From positions 193,735-257,734 of the IMG/VR virus record IMGVR_UViG_3300035499_000517: DNA of 64,000 nt, one strand, 5' to 3'. The stretch comes from a virus (lineage: Duplodnaviria > Caudoviricetes). Shown here in pieces: positions 9,699 through 20,479 of this stretch (the first letter of the stretch is position 1; every line of letters starts with the position of its first letter). A program made the translations under genes and the position numbers. A model generated the notes under the pieces. It had not been told where the DNA came from. It saw nothing but the letters and a program-made list of their open reading frames with translations, and did not search any database.

Positions 9699-10334
9699 TT
9701 ATCCATTTACGATTTTATCCGACAATTTTAGAAGCTCATAACTTGTCGAATCCATCATCAGAGAACGATCTACATACCGGTTGTATTTCTCCTTTAGATC
9801 CTCTGTAATTCCGTATTTCTTTAAAAATGCATTCAAATCACCCCAAGCTTGTTTCACATTGATAAAAAGCTCGCGGTCATGCACTTCTTGATGAATCGTT
9901 GTGGATAACATTACAACCTGTATATGATTCCGAAAGTGCTCTTTCAACACTGTGTCCGCAATAGCAAAGGTTGTAATCTTATAGTGTCTACGAAGGTAAT
10001 AGTCGATGACGATATCGCAGATGTCATAGAGTGTAAAGATTGGACCGTGGTGCATTTCTATAGTACAATCTTTATCTGTCAGGTTAGATAACACCTGACA
10101 TCGATTCAATTTTACGTTTTTCTTTAAATAATTGATATACTTCTTATATCGCTTATCTTTCCGAATCAACGCTTCTGTCTTTTTAATGAAGCGATTTCTT
10201 GATTCTAAATTAGAGAAGTATTCTTCATCCTTCTCAAACGGAAGCATATACATTGAACTTGGGGAATCTATAATAGCTGTTTTCCCGCTTGTGTCATATG
10301 TAATGTTTGGTAGCTCTTTTGCCAATTTTCTCAT
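9699..10334 (-). CDS. HNH-like fold protein, paralog of 644..1336
   Basis: CQVL...IEMHHGPIFTLYDI...VVMLSTTIHQEVH. Confidence 0.6.
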   Translation of the reverse strand: MRKLAKELPNITYDTSGKTAIIDSPSSMYMLPFEKDEEYFSNLESRNRFIKKTEALIRKDKRYKKYINYLKKNVKLNRCQVLSNLTDKDCTIEMHHGPIFTLYDICDIVIDYYLRRHYKITTFAIADTVLKEHFRNHIQVVMLSTTIHQEVHDRELFINVKQAWGDLNAFLKKYGITEDLKEKYNRYVDRSLMMDSTSYELLKLSDKIVNG

Positions 10335-10356
10335 CTCCTTTCCCTAACATAAGCCT

Positions 10357-10401
10357 TATACTTGAGTTCAGGTTTCATTTTCAATCATGGACAATTCTTT
10401 A
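10357..10401. promoter_or_regulatory. divergent late-type promoters (- AACT-N6-TA at 10357-10368; + GACA-N6-TA at 10390-10401)
   Basis: Motif copies upstream of both divergent genes. Confidence 0.5.
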
Positions 10402-10432
10402 ATAGGCTAATATGAAGGGTGGTGATGAAAGA

Positions 10433-13096
10433 TTGAGTGAAATAAACCCGATTAAACGGCTTTATGAAGACATCATTCGTATTTTGAATTCGATCACAAT
10501 CAAATACAAATACAAAGCTGATGAATTAGAAACCTTTGAATCAAAGTCAAAGGCAGACAGATATATCAATGCATTAAGCGGGACAGACACGTATTTACAA
10601 TACGATGATTACACCGCAGAAGAATTTATTCGTGCTGGAATCACCGATGAGAAAGCGATTCTCTCTTATCAAATTGATCGCTTCTCAGTACCATCCGAAT
10701 ATAGATCAAAACTCTTACAGTATCGAAGAGAACGTGAGATCTCGGAATATGTAGAGCAAAACAACTACTATCGTATGTTAATCGGTGAACCAGATTTGGA
10801 GGACACCGATTTTATTTATCCTCCAGATGATCTTCGAGAGAAGTATAACATCCCAGAAGGAATCCCTGTACATAAGATTGCTTCTGAGTTGGGTGATTAT
10901 TATATCACACTTCTGGATGGTGAAGGTTATTTTGATGACCTAATTGCACAATATCCAGAGAAAGAATATTTAAAGCATATTGGGACGCACCGTATTACTC
11001 TTTCTTATGCAAGACAGGCAAAGAACTTTGCAATCCTTGCAGTGGAACAGGAAAATGTCATGGAAAGTACTTACCGTGAGTTTATTCGTTCTTATGAGAA
11101 ATGCCGGAACTATTTCATGTCAACTGCTTATACTTATGAATTACGCAATGTGATTCCATATTATGAGAATTTCATTGCGCTTTGCATTTTTATCATGACG
11201 ATCCAACAGGTTTCTATGCGAAGCGTACAGAATGCAGTAGAGCGTGAGTTTTATGATGAATACATGGTGAAGCTATTATATGAGACTTATGGTTTACCAT
11301 ATTTCTCAAGAATTGATGAGCAGACCCAGAAACAGATTTGTCAGAACTTAAATCTCTTAATCCAGAATAAAGCAACTAATAAAGTTATTTTGGATATCGC
11401 ATCTATCTTAGGATTTTCGGACATCAGTATTTATCAGTATTATCTGGTAAAAGAGCAGGGATTTGATGATAATGGACGTCCTATCATTAAAAAGAAAACG
11501 CAGATCAATACTGCGACAGGAAAAGAAGAAGAAGTTTACGATTATGAATCTATGCACAGTGTTTATTTCCAGAAAGTGGATATCACCGAGACAAATATCA
11601 AAGAGGCATTAAGTGATAAGAACAACCGTGTAGAATACAGTGAAGTCACTTATTACGACCCATTCTGGTGGGAAGATGATGAACTTCACACAGAGATTTG
11701 GGATCGTGCTTATAATTATCAGGAAACGAAATACCTCGGTGCTACAATTCCTTACAGAATTACTGAATTGGTATTTCAGTGCATTATTTTAATGCGGATG
11801 ATCATCGATCAATCTGAAAAACTTGGAGAGGATTTAACAGTCAACGTAAATAAGATTACGAATACTCCAATCACGTTGAAAGATGCGGTGATTTTATTCT
11901 TCGCTCTTGTATCGAAGAAGTTCGGAGTAAGTGGTCAGATTATGACAACCCCAAGTAAGATCATCCATATCCTGGAAACAACTGACCAGGAAATCAATCG
12001 TGAGAATGAGCATATTGAAGTTTTAAGCTTCAATTTTGGTGCCTTCACACCAGAACGAATTGAAGAGACAAAAGCAATTTTGGCTCCTTATTTATCTCAT
12101 CGTGAATATAAGATCGTAAATGGTCACGATGTGGATTTGAAAGCAGATGGTACACAGGATACAACAGCTCCCACTCATCTGGTTTCTTATACAACAAACG
12201 AAGATGACTTAAATGAATTCTTCGATTATATTACACAGCTTACGATTCCGGATACAACAGCAGAAGAGAAACGAGAAGCACTCAATAATGCATTTACAAA
12301 TATTGAAGCACTCTATCTTTTCTTATCTTACCAGATGTCAAATACTCAGGATTTAAGTGAGTATTATGCTATCCGGAAGTTTTATGAAACAGCTTTCTAT
12401 AGTACGGAAAGCTCAAAGATGTTCGAAGTAGAAACAGAGGAAGGTGTTAGACCTGCTGAAACCTTTGAAGAATACTTCTTATATACAAACTCTGATATTT
12501 ACAACTTTTTACAGGAATTAGATTCAGAAGATACTGATACTATCTATTCTTATATTGATCATGTCATTTATAAGATGGAAGAAGTTGTTGATGATGTTGG
12601 ATATCTCTATCTTTTAAATGATGGAGAATCCCCACTTACAGAGTTATTACAAATCATGATTAAGTTCTTCAAATCTTATGTAATGGACTTCGTTGATATG
12701 TCATCTCTTATGATCATTGATTGGGAGATGGAAAACACCATACGATTCTTTTCAGAAGCAAACCACATCCATAAAGTGGATGAGCTCACAGAAGAATTCG
12801 GACAGGGCTTTTTGGATACGTTAAATAGCCTCATGGTTCATTATAACGTGGAAGACGAACTTAAATTAGAGGAATACTTAAAGATTCATGCAACTGCGCA
12901 TGTAGAAGATTCCTTTGATATTTACGATTTAAAAGAAGGCATTCGTATTGCAAAAGTAAATGCAGTAAACGAAGCCTTTGATGCATATGACGTGGTGGAT
13001 GGAATTACGGGGACAATACGGATAAGTAGTGATCTTAACTTCACAGACACTTGCGTAAAGAAAATAAAGGAGGATGATACAGATGTCCAAAATTAG
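10433..13096 (+). CDS. large virion structural protein (jumbo-phage baseplate/tail type, putative)
   Basis: Long acidic Tyr-rich ORF with EQNNYYRMLIG motif; late promoter; TTG start after GGTGGTGA (ORF track start 10412). Confidence 0.55.
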   Translation: MSEINPIKRLYEDIIRILNSITIKYKYKADELETFESKSKADRYINALSGTDTYLQYDDYTAEEFIRAGITDEKAILSYQIDRFSVPSEYRSKLLQYRREREISEYVEQNNYYRMLIGEPDLEDTDFIYPPDDLREKYNIPEGIPVHKIASELGDYYITLLDGEGYFDDLIAQYPEKEYLKHIGTHRITLSYARQAKNFAILAVEQENVMESTYREFIRSYEKCRNYFMSTAYTYELRNVIPYYENFIALCIFIMTIQQVSMRSVQNAVEREFYDEYMVKLLYETYGLPYFSRIDEQTQKQICQNLNLLIQNKATNKVILDIASILGFSDISIYQYYLVKEQGFDDNGRPIIKKKTQINTATGKEEEVYDYESMHSVYFQKVDITETNIKEALSDKNNRVEYSEVTYYDPFWWEDDELHTEIWDRAYNYQETKYLGATIPYRITELVFQCIILMRMIIDQSEKLGEDLTVNVNKITNTPITLKDAVILFFALVSKKFGVSGQIMTTPSKIIHILETTDQEINRENEHIEVLSFNFGAFTPERIEETKAILAPYLSHREYKIVNGHDVDLKADGTQDTTAPTHLVSYTTNEDDLNEFFDYITQLTIPDTTAEEKREALNNAFTNIEALYLFLSYQMSNTQDLSEYYAIRKFYETAFYSTESSKMFEVETEEGVRPAETFEEYFLYTNSDIYNFLQELDSEDTDTIYSYIDHVIYKMEEVVDDVGYLYLLNDGESPLTELLQIMIKFFKSYVMDFVDMSSLMIIDWEMENTIRFFSEANHIHKVDELTEEFGQGFLDTLNSLMVHYNVEDELKLEEYLKIHATAHVEDSFDIYDLKEGIRIAKVNAVNEAFDAYDVVDGITGTIRISSDLNFTDTCVKKIKEDDTDVQN

Positions 13097-14069
13097 AAAT
13101 ATACGCGACGCCATTAATCCTTATGACGAGATAAAACCTGGATTATGGGCGGATACAGAAATTATCGCTGGTTATGGTTATCACCATTCCAATGATCGTT
13201 TTGCTCTATCCTATTTGGATGAGCCAATCTTTGATCCACAGAGAAACACAGTTCCAATCTCCGGTGTACAGAGTATTCTTGAGATGCTCTTCGGTGTAAG
13301 TGGTCCGATTGTAATGGATACACTTTATTCCAAGCATGGAATCGGATTACCGGATGAGTCGACTGTTCCTTCATTCCTTGTTCCGACAAACCAGGATATC
13401 GAGGGTGGAGCTACCAGCCGTTCTGCAATTTATCAGGTTGGTCATTTGTGCCAGCTTGTTGGTGTCGGTATTACCGGTACCGCAGAGAATAACATCACTG
13501 TTCACAAGGTTGGATATCGTGAGACTGATATCGAGATGACTGTAAAGACAGCAGATGGATCAATGGATGGAATTATGATTCCATTCCGTTACACAGAGTC
13601 TGAGCTCGATCCTAACGAGCGTCAGATGTATTTTGGAAAGAAGACTGATGCAGACACCGGAAAGATTGCTTATTATCTGAAGAGATTTGAAGCTTTCCCG
13701 GATATCAAGCATGTATGGCGTTCTTCCGATGAACAGCCTGGTAAGAAAGTAACCGAGACGGCAGCAACCAACTCTACCGTTTGGGACCAGTCCAGAGATG
13801 ATGCATTAAAGTCTCTTGTAGAGATTCACTTTACCATTTCTGAGTATGATTTGAAAGAGTGGTTTACCTACAAGCTGGATCAGCCGGAGAGTGCACGTTT
13901 CAATACCGTAGCACTTTACACAGGAAGATATAGCGAGCTCAATAAGAGCGGTGCTGATCAATTCGGTGACTACTGCAATGTCCGTCTGTTCTCAAAGCTT
14001 AACATCCCGACTGAGCATGTGAGCTTAGAGAAAGACTTAGAGTTCATTTATCGTGTTTATGGCTCATAA
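13083..14069 (+). CDS. putative virion structural (baseplate/tail) protein
   Basis: Overlaps upstream gene; beta-rich C-terminus RLFSKLNIP...LEFIYRVY. Confidence 0.5.
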   Translation: MSKIRNIRDAINPYDEIKPGLWADTEIIAGYGYHHSNDRFALSYLDEPIFDPQRNTVPISGVQSILEMLFGVSGPIVMDTLYSKHGIGLPDESTVPSFLVPTNQDIEGGATSRSAIYQVGHLCQLVGVGITGTAENNITVHKVGYRETDIEMTVKTADGSMDGIMIPFRYTESELDPNERQMYFGKKTDADTGKIAYYLKRFEAFPDIKHVWRSSDEQPGKKVTETAATNSTVWDQSRDDALKSLVEIHFTISEYDLKEWFTYKLDQPESARFNTVALYTGRYSELNKSGADQFGDYCNVRLFSKLNIPTEHVSLEKDLEFIYRVYGS

Positions 14070-14147
14070 AATATTGAGGAGATGATTATAAAAGTCATCT
14101 CCTCATTCAAGCGCAATACAAAACCAAGCACATTCCAACAGACGAAT

Positions 14148-14178
14148 AATCAACTTAAATTTGACTTATATATCATCT
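14148..14178 (+). promoter_or_regulatory. early-type bipartite phage promoter
   Basis: AATCAACTT-N10-TATATATCATCT upstream of tubulin. Confidence 0.65.
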
Positions 14179-14234
14179 TCTTGCATAGAAGTAAAATGAA
14201 TTTTTTGCAAGAGAGAATAAGGAGGAAAAGAACT

Positions 14235-15395
14235 ATGTTAACGACCTGTATAATTGGTATTGGAAACTGCGGTAATCAAATTGCCGCACTTGCAAAGAAA
14301 GAGCTTGATGTTGACGTGATTGCAATCAACACAAGCGAAGACGATTTAGCGACGTTACCGGAGGAGGTACGTGAGAAAAGCTATGTAATCGGTGATAAGG
14401 AGGGTTCCGGAAAGAATCGTTCAGAGGCAAAGAAGTTCTTAAAGGATTCTATCACATCAATCGTTGCAGACCCGACGTTTAAGGAAACCCTGATGGGGAA
14501 GGATCAGATTTTCATCATCTCATCTACTGGTGGTGGAACCGGATCGGGTACAGCTCCGATTATGTCAGACATTGTACGTTCCGCATTCCGTAATCCGGAT
14601 GGAACCGAGAAGCCGGTAATTCTTATCGGTGTGCTTCCGAAGCTTTCTGAGGGTTTGTCTACACAGACAAATACCAAGGAGTACTTACATGAACTCTTTG
14701 AGGTTCTGGAGAATCCGACCTACATGTTGTACGATAACAACAACTATTCCAAGGAGACCGCTTATGTCGTACTCCAGAAAGTGAATCAGGAAGTTGTATC
14801 AGACATCAAAGTTCTGGAGTGCTTCTACAACAGTCCGACGCCATTCGATTCCATTGATGGGAAAGATATGAAGATGGTGAACGGAACACCGGGGCGTATC
14901 GCGGTTGCATCTCTTCTTGATATCAAGGAGAAAGACTTGGATGAGATGACAATCGAAGATGCCCTCATCGACAAGTTAAAGAAGAATGCACATGCAGAGC
15001 TGCAGCGTGACGGAATCGTTACAAGAAGTGCTTGTATCACCAACTTAAATGACAAGTTAAACGGCATGTTTGACAGTCATATCTCTCATATAAAGGAGTT
15101 TGTTGGTGAGCCAGTTGAAGAGTTCTTACACATTGCAGTGAATGAGAACCGCGATTATCCGAACAACGTATCTTTAGTTCTTGCAGGTCTTTCACCGATC
15201 AGTGATCGCGTTGATAAGATCAACGACCGTATTGATGAGATTACCCGCGAGCAGGAAGAGAGAGAACGTGCAAGACGTTCAACCAATCTCGACAATGAAG
15301 CAATGGAAAAGGTAAATGAAAAGAGGTCAGTCCGTAACGCAAGTGACAACGAGACGGTAAACCTCAAGGATACCTTTGCGAAGTTCGGGATTTAA
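14235..15395 (+). CDS. phuZ: tubulin/FtsZ-family GTPase (PhuZ/TubZ-like)
   Basis: IGIGNCGNQI, AINT, GSGKN, GGGTGSG signature, YDNN, SIDGKD T7-like loop; ATG after AAGGAGG. Confidence 0.9.
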   Translation: MLTTCIIGIGNCGNQIAALAKKELDVDVIAINTSEDDLATLPEEVREKSYVIGDKEGSGKNRSEAKKFLKDSITSIVADPTFKETLMGKDQIFIISSTGGGTGSGTAPIMSDIVRSAFRNPDGTEKPVILIGVLPKLSEGLSTQTNTKEYLHELFEVLENPTYMLYDNNNYSKETAYVVLQKVNQEVVSDIKVLECFYNSPTPFDSIDGKDMKMVNGTPGRIAVASLLDIKEKDLDEMTIEDALIDKLKKNAHAELQRDGIVTRSACITNLNDKLNGMFDSHISHIKEFVGEPVEEFLHIAVNENRDYPNNVSLVLAGLSPISDRVDKINDRIDEITREQEERERARRSTNLDNEAMEKVNEKRSVRNASDNETVNLKDTFAKFGI

Positions 15396-15468
15396 TCCAG
15401 GAGAGGGAAGACAGGTATAAAAAATTATCTGTCTTCCCACACTAAGCTAAGAAAAGGAGGAACTATAA

Positions 15469-16458
15469 ATGTCACGAAACAGAAACAACAATAATCGGGA
15501 CAGCGGTAACAACAATAACCGTTCCATTATGTTTCCCGATGAGGTAAAGAGCTTCGCCACTTGGGACCGCGAAGCATATCATAAGCGTGTTAAAGGCACG
15601 TATAGTAAGAAAGAAGAAAAGCAGTATTATTGGGAGGACAAGTTAATCTGCTTAGGACCAACAATTGACTTTCTGTGTAGATTCGGAAATAATCCGGATC
15701 AAAAAGTGCAGGAGTACAAGAACTTGTCCTATGCACAGTTCGTTGATCGTGATGAGAAGTTGGTAAAGAAAATCATCAAGACGATTAAGAACGGCGATGG
15801 TGATATGATCACCAATTTGAATTACCTGCCGATTCTCTTAAGAGAGATTTTGGCAGATTCCGCAAAGTTTAATGCGAACCTTCCGGAAGGTGAGACTCCG
15901 GTTCCGGTAGAGATCATTTGTGAGCTGGCTGAGCTTATCTTAAAGAAGAAGATTAAGAAGCTTGCAAAGAAAGATATTCCGGAAAATATGGCATTCGATT
16001 TATTACTCGTAATGCCGGAGAAAGATGCTCTTAAGTATAACCGTTATACAAGAGCAAAACAGATCTTCGATGTGCTCTACATGTATGCAGAAAATAATGT
16101 TGCAATCGACGTTCCGACTATCATGAAAGCAATTGTTGATACGAATGATTACAGCATCGTCATCGGTTATGCATTACAGGAGCGCAAGGATAAGACGAAA
16201 GGCTTCAATGACAATCAGATGAAGTTCTTCGTTGATACGAATGAGTGGATCTTTGATACCATGGAAGATATGGATGACAATGAGATCCGCACCATTATCA
16301 ATAATTACGTAAGAATCAGAAAGAAAGACGCAGCAAACGGCAAGGATGGAAACAGAAGATATTTCTTATCATCTTTACCAGAAGAGGATTATCCGACCGT
16401 GTCCAGAATCATCAAGGATATCAAGGCAAAGAATCCGGATTCAGAGAAATACCTGTAA
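15469..16458 (+). CDS. hypothetical helical protein with Asn-rich N-terminus
   Basis: 329-aa ORF, RBS AAGGAGG. Confidence 0.85.
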   Translation: MSRNRNNNNRDSGNNNNRSIMFPDEVKSFATWDREAYHKRVKGTYSKKEEKQYYWEDKLICLGPTIDFLCRFGNNPDQKVQEYKNLSYAQFVDRDEKLVKKIIKTIKNGDGDMITNLNYLPILLREILADSAKFNANLPEGETPVPVEIICELAELILKKKIKKLAKKDIPENMAFDLLLVMPEKDALKYNRYTRAKQIFDVLYMYAENNVAIDVPTIMKAIVDTNDYSIVIGYALQERKDKTKGFNDNQMKFFVDTNEWIFDTMEDMDDNEIRTIINNYVRIRKKDAANGKDGNRRYFLSSLPEEDYPTVSRIIKDIKAKNPDSEKYL

Positions 16459-16466
16459 GCATCAAG

Positions 16467-16500
16467 AAATCAACTTGAAGTTTACTTATATATTATCTAT
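16467..16500 (+). promoter_or_regulatory. early-type bipartite phage promoter
   Basis: AAATCAACTT-N10-TATATATTATCTAT. Confidence 0.65.
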
Positions 16501-16538
16501 TTAGATGCATAAGGTAAAACAAGAAAGGAGACAGTTTT

Positions 16539-17060
16539 ATGTCAAGTAACAAGAACAACAGAAAACTCATTACCACAAAGGACTTAATGAGAACCACCGG
16601 TAATAAGACACCGGAGCAGTTTATCACCGGAATGGTGGTAAAGAAGAATGGTAAGTATAAGCTTACTGGATCAAAGCAGGAGAAGAGAATCGCGCGTGAG
16701 ATGTGCCGTCATCACATCATCGATAAGAAGGGTAATCTGAAGCCGATTTTCGAGTATTCCGATAACGGCAAGATCGGAAAGTGCCCGATTTGTGGACGTA
16801 AGTTCCCGACCAGATTCCTGGATGATGTACAGGAGAGAACAGAGGATATGACCGAGGCAATCAGCCAGGGTAAGATGATCTCTTGTGCAATCGGTGCAGA
16901 TCGTGAGACAACAAACTTCCTGACAACGCTTTCATTCCAGACAAACCAGTTCCCGAAGGTTTACAAGTCTATGAGAGCGATCGCGGAGAAAGCCGACAGA
17001 AAGAAGAAAAAGAAGAAGAACAAGAAGAATCAGAAGGCGCTTGGCACCTGGTATTCATAA
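16539..17060 (+). CDS. basic Zn-finger protein
   Basis: CRHH...CPICG and poly-Lys C-terminus. Confidence 0.7.
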   Translation: MSSNKNNRKLITTKDLMRTTGNKTPEQFITGMVVKKNGKYKLTGSKQEKRIAREMCRHHIIDKKGNLKPIFEYSDNGKIGKCPICGRKFPTRFLDDVQERTEDMTEAISQGKMISCAIGADRETTNFLTTLSFQTNQFPKVYKSMRAIAEKADRKKKKKKNKKNQKALGTWYS

Positions 17061-17172
17061 GATGTTCCGGTAAGGAATGTGGAGAGACGATATACAAAAG
17101 TCGTCTCTCCTTCTTACTCCTTAATTTTTTTGTATGTTGGTAGGTGTCCACATAATAAGTAAAATACCAAAC

Positions 17173-17184
17173 AACAATATTTTG
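17173..17184 (+). promoter_or_regulatory. late-type promoter AACA-N6-TG
   Basis: Upstream of gyrB RBS. Confidence 0.5.
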
Positions 17185-17216
17185 TAGAAGAAAAAGAAAG
17201 GAGTTTTTAAGGAGTT

Positions 17217-17584
17217 ATGTCGAATAAAGACGTTCGTGTCATGTATATCGAAGATGACATGAAAAAGATACAAACAAAGACGAATTTATATCTACAGAAA
17301 TTCGGAGATTTGGGTGTTTTCCACTTATTCAAAGAGGGAGCACAAAATGCCATTGATGAAGGCATTGATCCGAAATGCTGGGAATACTTAAAGTCTATTG
17401 GAGAAGATAAGAAATTCTTAATTAATATCAGCTATGACAGGCTGGCTGATAAAGTAACGATTGAAGATAACGGTCGTGGAATCCCAGAAGAGGATTATCC
17501 GATCGATATAGTATGTACCAAACTGCAATCTGGAAGTAAATTCTTCCGTGATCAGGGTGGTGCAAGCAGTGGTGAGTTCGGTGT
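17217..17584 (+). CDS. gyrB: type IIA topoisomerase subunit B, exon 1 (GHKL ATPase N-part)
   Basis: EGAQNAIDE, IEDNGRGIP, LQSGSKF, SGEFGV; joined to exon 2 gives GEFGVGITVTNALS. Confidence 0.9.
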
Positions 17585-18775
17585 TAACACAGGCACCCTT
17601 ATGCTGAAAAGCATATGCCAAAACCTCTCTAATTGCGGGGACGAATCCGTAAGCTTCAACTACCAACCGAGAGTGGTGACATTCTTGGGGCAAAGGGTAA
17701 CTCCGGAGATATGGTAATCAAGGTTGAAGTTGGATCAATCGACGCAACGAAGACAGAAAAATTATGAGTATAGTATTAGATTACAAAGAAGCATGGATTT
17801 ATATTAACGGATGTAAAACTAAATACAAGATTGCATCTCCCGGTTATGTATTTATTGCAGAAACTGGAAAGAAGATGGCTGGTGGTTTGGATAAAAATGG
17901 ATACAGGATTGTATCTCTTACTTTTAATGGAAAGAAATATACAAGGAAAGTCCATAGACTCGTTGCCGAGGCATTTATTCCAAATCCTAATAATTATCCT
18001 GAAGTAAATCATGAAGATGGAAATAAGGATAATCCAGACATTCATAATCTGACTTGGTCAACATCAGCAGAAAATACACATCATGCGTATAGGACTCATT
18101 TGAGGAAAGGAAACCTGAAAGATGAGAAGATTGTACGTGAGATTTGTGAAATGCTTCAAAATGAAGTTCGAGTTGGAAAAATATCAAAGAAGATGCAAGT
18201 CAATCAATCATATATCTCTAAAATTAAAAATGGTACGATTTGGAAGAGTGTTTCTAAGGAGTACTATTTTCCAAGAGATAATGATACAAGAGCGTTGATA
18301 GGTGAAGAAAATCCTATGGCTAAAGTCTCTGTAAAGGAGGTAAAGAAAATTTGTAAGTTGTTGGAGAAAGGGAAAACAGCTAAAGAAATTTCGAAAAAGC
18401 TAGGGATATCTATGACGATAATTTACTCTATCAAACAAAGAAAAACTTGGGTAAGCATCAGTAAAGAATATAAGTTCTAAAGGAAAGGTGATTGATATGA
18501 AAAATATAAATCATAAATCCATGCAATCTGTAAATCGCTGATAATTATTTCTGTTGTGTTCAACGACTAGGGAAAGCTAGATATCAGCATTGAGAGAAAT
18601 CTCTAAATACAATTTGTAGGCTGGTTGAAAATAAGGTAGATTGAAATATCTACACGAAGCAAGTAGGCTCAATAATAGAGCGAAATGTAGGCTGAAATAT
18701 GCCCAAACGGGAGGCAATGATATATCTGGTAATAGGATATATAATTGATGATATAGTCTATCCTAGAAATAGGAG
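17585..18775 (+). mobile_element. group I intron gyrB-I1 (1191 nt) with HNH ORF
   Basis: P1 exon GGUGU/IGS GCACC with U.G; AATTGCGGGGA (P), CAACGACTA (R), ATATAGTC (S), P9 TCCTA-GAAA-TAGGA, terminal G; splicing restores frame. Confidence 0.9.
17764..18480 (+). CDS. intron-encoded HNH homing endonuclease
   Basis: KVHRLVAEAFIPNP...VNHEDGNKDN...NLTW plus two C-terminal helical repeats. Confidence 0.9.
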   Translation: MSIVLDYKEAWIYINGCKTKYKIASPGYVFIAETGKKMAGGLDKNGYRIVSLTFNGKKYTRKVHRLVAEAFIPNPNNYPEVNHEDGNKDNPDIHNLTWSTSAENTHHAYRTHLRKGNLKDEKIVREICEMLQNEVRVGKISKKMQVNQSYISKIKNGTIWKSVSKEYYFPRDNDTRALIGEENPMAKVSVKEVKKICKLLEKGKTAKEISKKLGISMTIIYSIKQRKTWVSISKEYKF

Positions 18776-20031
18776 CGGCATCACTGTTACAAACGCACTT
18801 AGTAGCTATTTCTCACTTGAAACTTATCGTGGTGATTACTATCATAAGATTGAGTTTAAAGATGGTCAGAAGGTAGGAGATACCAAAGGAATCCCAACTA
18901 AGAAAGGAAAGAAACATGGTACCATCGTATCATTCATTTCGAATCCTATATATCTTGGTGCTGGAAGTCATCTTCCTTTTGACAAAGTAAGAGAGTGGGT
19001 TACTCTTATGAGTTACCAGCTTGATTACAATATTGAGTTCCATTTGGAGGAATGGGAAGGTCTTAAGATTATTAAGAAGGAAACCATTAAGAGAAAAGAT
19101 TTTTCGGATATGATTTTCTCTTATATCCAAAATCCAAAGGATCTCATTGTACAACCAATCTCTTTATCTGCGAAAGAGAATATCGTAGAGGAGATTAAAC
19201 GAAACATCGTTGATGACAATGGAAAAGTCAAGACGAAGAAAGAAAAGATGAAAAAGCAGGTAAGTCTTTCATTTGCATTCGCTTATGATGAGGGAATGGA
19301 AGTAGACGAAAGGTCTTTTTGTAACTTCACACAAACTGATGATGGTGGTGTTCATGTTGAATCTGTAGAGGAAGTCATCTGCCGGTATTTCCAGCAGCAA
19401 ACAAGAGATTCCTTATCAGAAGCACAAAGAGCAAAGACACCCATCTTATTCCAGGATGTAAAAGCTGGATTAAAGCTTGTAGTAAATCTGTCTACAAATG
19501 CCCAGGTACAATTCATGGGTAATGCAAAGAATCGTATCCAGAATGAGAACTTACGACCAGTTCTTAAAGATATGACATCGAAAGCATTAACAGACTTCTT
19601 TGCAAATGATCAGGCAAGATTACAGGCAATCATTAAAGTAGTAAAAGCAAATGCAAAAGCAAGAATAGAGTTACAGAAAGCAAAGTCAGTAAATGTATCG
19701 AAGAAAGTAGATACGTTTGCAGAGTACGAGTTAGCGAACTTTATCAAGTGCAACAACACCGGAAACAAGTACAAAGAGTTGTTCCTCATTGAGGGACGAA
19801 AGTCAGCTGCAGGTTCCATGGTTAATGGTAGAGATGCAGCTACTCAGGCAATCTTTGGTTTCCGTGGAGTTACTGCAAATGCTTTTAAGAAATCACTTCC
19901 AGAGATTATGGAGAATGGAGAGTGGAAGCAATACGTCAGAGTTCTTCATACTGGAATTGGGCAGTCATTTGATATCCGACGTCTGTATTATAACAAGATA
20001 ATTATATCCACTGACGCGGATATCGACGGAT
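18776..20031 (+). CDS. gyrB: topoisomerase subunit B, exon 2
   Basis: GITVTNALS, HGTIVSF, GGVH, ELFLIEGRKSA, FGFRG, IIISTDADIDG. Confidence 0.9.
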
Positions 20032-20479
20032 TCTGGAGACCATAGTTCGTCTAAAACTTGCTTAACTGCGGGGAAATTTTACCGTGACAGGTAAACGCAT
20101 CTAAGATGTGCTGGTTAAGCTTCAACTACCAACTTGGAATGGTGACAGTCCAAGGGCAAAGGGTAACTCCGGAGATATGGTAATCAAGGTTGAAGATACA
20201 GATAATCGACGCAAGGAAACATCTCACAATGATGAGATATGACTTCAACGACTAGGGAAAGCTAGACAACCAGGATGAGAGAAATCTCTAAATACATTTG
20301 TAGCTGGTTTGAAAATAAGGTAAGTTGAAATACTTACACGAAGCGAGTAGGCCTAAGATAGCAGGCGAAAGGTAGGTTGAAACAAACCGAAACAGCAAGC
20401 TTTATTATATCTGGTAACAGGATATAGTAAATGAAGATATAGTCTGACCTTAATAGAGATATTAAGATTAACACAAGTG
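20032..20479 (+). mobile_element. group I intron gyrB-I2 (448 nt, ORF-less)
   Basis: P1 GACGGAU/GUUCGUC (U.G), P10 ACCAU/AUGGU, AACTGCGGGG, CAACGACTA, ATATAGTC; splicing gives DADIDGYGI...RYMP. Confidence 0.9.

Noticed and set aside
14082-14234. N-terminal extension of tubulin ORF (similarly 18699-18775 and 27118-27165)
   Set aside because: Overlaps promoter, intron or hairpin sequence; true starts or splice sites lie downstream
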